Shown here: in pieces, positions 58,580 through 64,000 of the stretch
Position numbering within the stretch: position 1 is the stretch's first letter
Layout of the letters: every line of letters begins with the position of its first letter
Source of the DNA: an uncultured Luminiphilus sp.
GTDB taxonomy: Bacteria > Pseudomonadota > Gammaproteobacteria > Pseudomonadales > Halieaceae
NCBI GenBank assembly: GCA_943789245.1
Contig: CALSTK010000004.1
Coordinates: forward strand, 15,758 to 79,757
Direction: 5' to 3'
Length of the DNA: 64,000 nt
Position numbers and translations under genes: made by a program
The notes under the pieces: generated by a model
Databases searched by the model: none
Told to the model about the DNA's origin: nothing
Seen by the model: only the letters and a program-made list of their open reading frames with translations

Positions 58580-60601
58580 CTATTCAGGCACGTCTAACGC
58601 CGGGTTTCGGTCAAAAAAGTTGCGCGGTTTCAATACGATTTCGTCGACCTTAGCGGGCATGACCGGCCAGTCCTCAGCCATAGGGACATGGTGAAAACCA
58701 ATCGTCGGCCACGCCACAAGGTCGCTATCTTCCAGAACGTCATTGTTGCTCGCGTAGTGTGGTAGACCGACGCCAGGCGCGGACTGATTGACGGCGATGC
58801 CACTGGAGAACAGCTCATCACGCTTGTATTTCGTCACCCACAAATTGTTTTTCAAAAAGCCTGCGCGCTGATAAATGGGATCGTCCAGCGTGACTAGCGG
58901 ACGTATGTTGGGAAACATCAGCTGGTAAGACGTGTCATACCCCATGGCATTTTTTGAGGCGCTACTCGAAAATGTCAGCAATGCAGGCTTATCGACCTGC
59001 ATCACCGTTTGCGCCTGCTGCTCGCTCTTTACGGCTTCACGGGTGACGCCCCAGACACCTTGTCGCGTCGCGTCGCTCGGTTGCGTCACACTCTGCAGAC
59101 GCTGTCTGACAAAATTGTTGTCCACGCCGTCGATGTCGAAATCTATGCGGTAGCTAAAAAAGTGGTCGTGGTTCACCCCCAGTCTATAGGGCGCGATCAA
59201 CGTACCAGTCGCTGTTTCAGCCTGGGCCGAAGGGTCTGCAAGTGTCGCAGCGAAAACACCTTTCGTAGCGTCTATCCCTGTTGAAATAAGTCGAATTCGC
59301 ATCCTGCCGTCTTGCTGGAAAACGTAGTCTTGGAAATAGTCGTAGTTCCCGATCACCGCCACCATGCGAACCACAAGATTCGTTGCCCGCCGTGAGTTAT
59401 GTTTCTCCATGCCGGGCACTTCGTCATAAAGCGACTCGTGATGACGCCAACTGGGATAGCCCGGGTCAAACTCAAAAATACAGACACGATTTTCAGCGAC
59501 AAAAGGCTCTCCAGCGGCGGTGTGCAGCACAACATTTTGGAAAACGGCATTCGGTGGGCAGTCGTTTCCCTTGAGCGCAGTGGCCATGTTGCCAAATCCG
59601 TACTCACCCATGTCGAAGTACGCGCGATAAAACCAGTGAGTGTCAGGGTCTTGGTAAGGGACAAACATCTCAGACATGGCGATCTCGTAAGCAACAGGTC
59701 GTACCCCATCGCCCGTAACAATCCCCACATTGTTTAAGACTGTCCCTTGACGCGGATCGAACCGAAGGTGAAAACGCCAGTTCTGCCAATCAATTTGGCT
59801 GCCGGTCACTGAAAAATTGGGCCCTTGTTCTTGAGCAATAGTGACCTCACTCAAGGGAGCGCGTGTCTCAAGCGCTGAGGCGTGAAATTCAATGACGTCA
59901 AAGTCGCTTGGTGGCGCCTCAGTATCAGCAAACGAGTCAATAAGCTCTATCAAACGAAGCTCCTCAACATCGAAGAGCACGCTAACCCCCTCAACAGGGC
60001 GCGCCCAAGCACTGGTCGTGGGCAACAGGCCTAAACCGCTTTGCCCTCGGATATTGAAACAGTCAAATCGGACCAAACGGTCGGTAACGGGATCAGCAAG
60101 GCTTGAAAAAAATCGGCCGACCGTGCGCGGCATGCACAAACCATTGCGCGCACTGACACCGCGACGCTCAAGAGCCGCCCTTACTTCAGGGAGTGCGTTC
60201 ACGGCGTCGAGCGCATTGATCAGCTCGGCTTGGACAAGCATAGGCTGACCGCTGAGAATGCGCTGCGGGTCAGACAGCGCACCGGTTTGGAAATCGTATT
60301 GCACCCGATACGACGATTTAGCTGAGCGGTATAAAACATCGGCACCTCGCGCCGCAACGCTTTGTTCGTCCCATGAGAGTGCATCCTGCTTGTGAGGCTC
60401 CAGCAAACTGATGCGATTGAAGACAACTTGAGCATCGACTGACTCAGTCACAGCCGTCGTCACTTGCGCCACTTCATCAGTCGTGAGCGAATGCCAGGGT
60501 GATAAGAACCGATCGGTCATCTCATCGCGTTCTGAGGATTTTTCAGCGCAGGCAACGAGCAGGCCGACACTGACGAAAAGAGCTGTCTTTAGGATTTTCA
60601 T
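58580..60601 (-). CDS. copper-containing primary amine oxidase (TPQ enzyme, TynA-like), probable lipoprotein
   Basis: TPQ consensus VIGNYDYF, plus copper-ligand histidines in GVNHDHFFSYRIDFDIDG and GFHHVPMAEDWPVMP. The ATG at 60601 gives MKILKTALFVSVGLLVAC (lipobox). Confidence 0.9.
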   Translation of the reverse strand: MKILKTALFVSVGLLVACAEKSSERDEMTDRFLSPWHSLTTDEVAQVTTAVTESVDAQVVFNRISLLEPHKQDALSWDEQSVAARGADVLYRSAKSSYRVQYDFQTGALSDPQRILSGQPMLVQAELINALDAVNALPEVRAALERRGVSARNGLCMPRTVGRFFSSLADPVTDRLVRFDCFNIRGQSGLGLLPTTSAWARPVEGVSVLFDVEELRLIELIDSFADTEAPPSDFDVIEFHASALETRAPLSEVTIAQEQGPNFSVTGSQIDWQNWRFHLRFDPRQGTVLNNVGIVTGDGVRPVAYEIAMSEMFVPYQDPDTHWFYRAYFDMGEYGFGNMATALKGNDCPPNAVFQNVVLHTAAGEPFVAENRVCIFEFDPGYPSWRHHESLYDEVPGMEKHNSRRATNLVVRMVAVIGNYDYFQDYVFQQDGRMRIRLISTGIDATKGVFAATLADPSAQAETATGTLIAPYRLGVNHDHFFSYRIDFDIDGVDNNFVRQRLQSVTQPSDATRQGVWGVTREAVKSEQQAQTVMQVDKPALLTFSSSASKNAMGYDTSYQLMFPNIRPLVTLDDPIYQRAGFLKNNLWVTKYKRDELFSSGIAVNQSAPGVGLPHYASNNDVLEDSDLVAWPTIGFHHVPMAEDWPVMPAKVDEIVLKPRNFFDRNPALDVPE

Positions 60602-60633
60602 AAGGCGATTTATTGTTAGGCGAAACAGGAAGA

Positions 60634-61500
60634 CTACCGCACTGGACTGCGGGCCGTAACCACACAACCTAAGATAATGAGTGCCGTTCCAAGCAGTGTT
60701 TGTGTGCTTACTGACTCTTCAAAAATCAACCAACCCAAAATTGCCGCCCAGATGAAGGCGGTGTATTCGACCGCAAATAAGCGTTGTGCTTCAACTTTAC
60801 GGTAAGCCATGGACATTAATATTAGCGAGCCAACGGCCAACAAACCCGCCGCGAGCGCGCCTGTCCACTGAACGGCGTTAGCCGGAAGCGACCCTGCAAA
60901 CGGTAAGCCCAATGAGAGGACCAAAAGCATAATAAAATTTTGGTAGAACGCGATTTCCAAAGGCTTGGCCACCAGGGCCTGCATGCGCTGCAACACCAAG
61001 TAAAGTGCGTACATGACAGCAAACAGAAGTATGGCGACAACACCAAGAATATCGGCCTGGACGTCTAACAATAGAACATCACCACCCACCATAATCGTGA
61101 CACCGCCAAACCCAAGCGCTGCCGCAAACTTCGCACCCTTATCAATCGTTTCTCCCAGAATAGGGGCGGCGAGAAATAACGCGATGATGGGCGCAATAAA
61201 CGTGAGCCCAATTGCTTGCGCGAGAGGAATGCGCGTTAAGCCAAAGAAGAGGCAACACAGCATGAATGCATTGAGAACGGCTCGCATAATATGCAGTTTC
61301 AGGACTCGCCCTTGAGCCATGGTAGGTCGCCGCGGCAGGTACAGTATTGAGGCCACCAAGGCCCCCATTGCAGCTCGCCAAAAGGTCGCAGCGAAGACGC
61401 CCATCGCAAGCGCCTGAGCCTTCATGACGGCGTCCATCATGGAAAAAAACAAAATGCCGAGCAATGCCAAAAAGATGGGGTAGTACTCACTCGACTTCAC
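60634..61500 (-). CDS. EamA/DMT-family transporter
   Basis: 288 aa with 10 TM segments in two EamA-like halves. Confidence 0.8.
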   Translation of the reverse strand: MKSSEYYPIFLALLGILFFSMMDAVMKAQALAMGVFAATFWRAAMGALVASILYLPRRPTMAQGRVLKLHIMRAVLNAFMLCCLFFGLTRIPLAQAIGLTFIAPIIALFLAAPILGETIDKGAKFAAALGFGGVTIMVGGDVLLLDVQADILGVVAILLFAVMYALYLVLQRMQALVAKPLEIAFYQNFIMLLVLSLGLPFAGSLPANAVQWTGALAAGLLAVGSLILMSMAYRKVEAQRLFAVEYTAFIWAAILGWLIFEESVSTQTLLGTALIILGCVVTARSPVR

Positions 61501-61608
61501 TGAGAACGCCTCCCCTGACGAGTGCTACGCCGGGACAATATGGACGACCAGTGATCCGCAGGGCTGAATCCAATCATCGCTTGACGCAGAAGAATATCGG
61601 CGCACTTA

Positions 61609-62652
61609 TCAAGTGAATTGATTTGATGCATGCCATTGCGCAACGATTGACCGCAGGGTACTCACCAAAGCAATCGGCTCATCCAGCATCAAGTGGTGAC
61701 GCGCACCCGGTATTCCAATGATTGGAATGTCTGTTGCACCACACTCACGAAGATAATCGGCAGAGTCGTCATCAAACAGCTTACTGTCTTGTCCGTAGAC
61801 AATCGCCTTTCGACCCGGAGCGGCTACAATCGCTTGCGCCTGCTTCAAAATACGATCGCTGACACCAAAATCACTGTCAAAGACACTGATATCAAACTTC
61901 CACGTCCACCCGCCTTCCACTTGTTTTAGAGAGTGGTACGCCATGTATTCATTCAAGTACTCCACCGTCACAGGCTGAGGCGGCGACAGCACAAAACGCG
62001 CCCGTGCCGAGGCGTAGTCGGGATAAACTCGATTGGGCCGACTTCGATCTGACCGCATGGGCTTCCCATTTGAAAAGTGCGCTTTGAGTCGCTCAACCCG
62101 CAACACCATAAGGTCACAAATGATCAGCCCATCGAAGAGCTCACCGTGGCGCTCCATGGCGCTCAGACCCACGTGTCCGCCATAGGAGTGCGCAATGACA
62201 ATGGGCTTTGCGTCGTGCTCGAAAAGACCTGTGCCGCGGGCAACGTCCACCACTTCTTGCGCCCGGACCTTGTCGGGATAGGATTCGCGGGCCTCAGAGT
62301 CACCCATTCCCGAAAGATCGTAGGCAACCACGTGGTAGTGCTCTGCTAGAAACGGCGCAATAAACGCAAAACAGCGCGCGTGCGCTAAGAAGCCGTGCAT
62401 CAGTAGTAAGGGCGGATTCTCCGGATTACCCCAGCGGAAATAGTGGACTTTGCAGCCGCCTGAGTCGATCCACCCCTCTTCTCGCGGAACCTGTAACGCA
62501 CTGACCAGCCAAGCGGGTGCTTGCTGAGGGTCAGTGGGGAGTTCGCTCGAGAGGCTACAGACCTCGGTTACCTGCGTATTCATAAACATCCATTCACACT
62601 TGGGAGTAAGGGAAAAGCCAACTCGCGTCACCGCAAAAATACGGTCGGTCAA
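61609..62652 (-). CDS. alpha/beta-fold hydrolase
   Basis: PLLLMHGF oxyanion region, nucleophile elbow AHSYGG and a C-terminal GARHHLMLDEP (catalytic His). The true start may be the internal Met near 62589. Confidence 0.8.
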   Translation of the reverse strand: MTDRIFAVTRVGFSLTPKCEWMFMNTQVTEVCSLSSELPTDPQQAPAWLVSALQVPREEGWIDSGGCKVHYFRWGNPENPPLLLMHGFLAHARCFAFIAPFLAEHYHVVAYDLSGMGDSEARESYPDKVRAQEVVDVARGTGLFEHDAKPIVIAHSYGGHVGLSAMERHGELFDGLIICDLMVLRVERLKAHFSNGKPMRSDRSRPNRVYPDYASARARFVLSPPQPVTVEYLNEYMAYHSLKQVEGGWTWKFDISVFDSDFGVSDRILKQAQAIVAAPGRKAIVYGQDSKLFDDDSADYLRECGATDIPIIGIPGARHHLMLDEPIALVSTLRSIVAQWHASNQFT

Positions 62653-62753
62653 GTCGCTGCTGAGTCACGAGCGCCGTGATCGACTGTGAAAAGTCTCGGT
62701 TACGCGGGTGAACTTACGCACCCAGGTTCTGGGCAGATCGATGGCGCAACAAC

Positions 62754-63470
62754 TTAGGTCTCATTGCTGACAAACGCGGGGTACTGAGCAGCAACGTTTT
62801 CGTGAAGATAGACCCAGTTCGTGCCGTGCATGACAGCCCGGTGCCGTGCATCCGCAGAGACGTGATCCTCAGGGGCGTACTCAGCATCACCCTCAAACAG
62901 TACCGCTACGGCACCATCGTCTTTTGTGAAAATGGGAAATACTTCGTGAGGTGACCGCTGAGTCTCTGCCTCTGTCATTGCCGCAGTATTCGGATAGCGC
63001 AGTAAGCTGCACAGTGTGATGTATGTGGGTGGAAGCATGCCCAGCTGCCCCGCCTCATGTTGTGCTACCGCGTCGGCAACGCCGATCCAGCAAAAGTCAT
63101 GAATCTCACTTCCATCAATCTCGACCTCTGCGCTTTCAGCCAACGGTGCTGCGTATATCCAGGTCTGAAATCGCTTGGGCTCGACTACGGGGGTCGTCCA
63201 GCGACTCAGATGAACCATCTTTGTGAGATCAGGTCTGAGCCCGCACTCTTCCTCCGCCTCGCGGGCCGCAGCAATTCGAGCAGCAGTGTCCATATTGCCA
63301 TCCGCTTCATCAATGTCAGTCGGCTCAAGCGCACCGCCGGGAAATACCCAGAGCCCACCGGCAAACATCAGCGCCTTGTTGCGCTTTAGCATGAGCGTTT
63401 CCATGCCATTGTGGGTGTCTCGAAGCAGAACAACGGTACTTGCAGGGCGCGCATCTGGAATGTTGGTCAC
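62754..63470 (-). CDS. NUDIX hydrolase
   Basis: 238 aa. Nudix box GGLWVFPGGALEPTDIDEADGNMDTAARIAAAREAEEECGL (Gx5Ex7REx2EExG-like). Confidence 0.8.
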   Translation of the reverse strand: MTNIPDARPASTVVLLRDTHNGMETLMLKRNKALMFAGGLWVFPGGALEPTDIDEADGNMDTAARIAAAREAEEECGLRPDLTKMVHLSRWTTPVVEPKRFQTWIYAAPLAESAEVEIDGSEIHDFCWIGVADAVAQHEAGQLGMLPPTYITLCSLLRYPNTAAMTEAETQRSPHEVFPIFTKDDGAVAVLFEGDAEYAPEDHVSADARHRAVMHGTNWVYLHENVAAQYPAFVSNET

Positions 63471-63818
63471 GAGTGATCTCCTACTACTTTACATTACGGT
63501 ATCACGATTACCGACCACTGAATCTGACAATACGGCGGCTTAAAACCGCATGGCTTTTTGTGTCAAAACGGCACAGGAAGTCAGTTGCAAAATGAGCACC
63601 ATTGAACGCGTTGAACGTCGCTGACGGACGTCACAAGCCCTCAGGTTCTATGCGCTAGGGCGAGGCGGTTTGCCGACATCGCAAGACGCCTCTCCCGTGA
63701 AAGAGCAACACGCAACACCTCATGACCCTCCTGACGCGGATCAGTGATGCCTGAGACTCAGCTCGAAACTCGGGTCGGTCCTCGCCGTCGCGAGCAAACT
63801 CCGCGACGAACCTCACCC

Positions 63819-64000
63819 TCAGAGCTCTGCAATCGCGTTACCGAGCCAATCCATCCTGGTGTCTAACCAATCCACCAGATGATCGACTTCTTCCTGGTAC
63901 GTGTCATAGACCACCGGATTGGGCCACACGTATTCGCCAAGGGTCTGCCAAATAGAGTCGTTTTCAGCTTGCGCCAGGTTGAGCGATTGAGACCACGTTT
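63819..64000 (-). CDS. C-terminal end of an unidentified protein (partial, runs off the window)
   Basis: An open minus-strand frame reaches the window edge, ending ...WQTLGEYVWPNPVVYDTYQEEVDHLVDWLDTRMDWLGNAIAEL*. The Y..EV..L..WL..R..WL tail is reminiscent of CotH-family C-termini, but this is very tentative. Confidence 0.35.
   Translation of the reverse strand, partial: TWSQSLNLAQAENDSIWQTLGEYVWPNPVVYDTYQEEVDHLVDWLDTRMDWLGNAIAEL

Overview
This is a gene-dense, roughly 64 kb chromosomal segment. Its gene content suggests a marine or aquatic Gram-negative heterotroph of gammaproteobacterial type, but that is inference only. It has about 50 protein genes and no rRNA, intact tRNA, CRISPR array, transposase, integrase or recognisable phage or defence genes.

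Gene content by region:
- 1.5-8.0 kb: a CYP153-type alkane/terminal hydroxylase cassette (ferredoxin, P450, FATP-type acyl-CoA synthetase, SDR, GST, divergent AraC regulator).
- 8.4-19 kb: an amine or unknown-substrate uptake and oxidation locus. It holds a TonB-dependent receptor, a secreted tandem cupin, two SpdH-like Tat flavoproteins (one decayed), an acyl-CoA ligase and a TetR regulator.
- 19-23 kb: lrp-putA.
- 23-44 kb: a run of redox, transport and lipid genes, then a lacZ-GPH symporter pair.
- 44-64 kb: peptidases, an arylsulfatase operon, a DUF1330/PhoX-like pair, zur with a MerC-like gene, a copper amine oxidase and housekeeping-type accessory genes.

The most unusual signal is non-coding. 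It is a small family of elements derived from the 3' half of a tRNA-Val(GAC). One clean fragment lies at 1354-1398. Two tandem copies at 8103-8395 and a decayed copy at 23062-23184 carry an insert of about 60 nt inside the T-loop. The first two sites bracket the CYP153 cassette like att scars, and the 8.1 kb copy sits between two terminator-like hairpins like a small RNA gene.

The second notable pattern is frame disruption. At least six frameshifts in four genes are confined to 8.4-25.8 kb. A truncated lldD fragment lies outside that span, at 0.8 kb.

I did not find a clear new multi-gene system such as a defence system. All family assignments come from motif recognition by eye and need HMM or BLAST confirmation.
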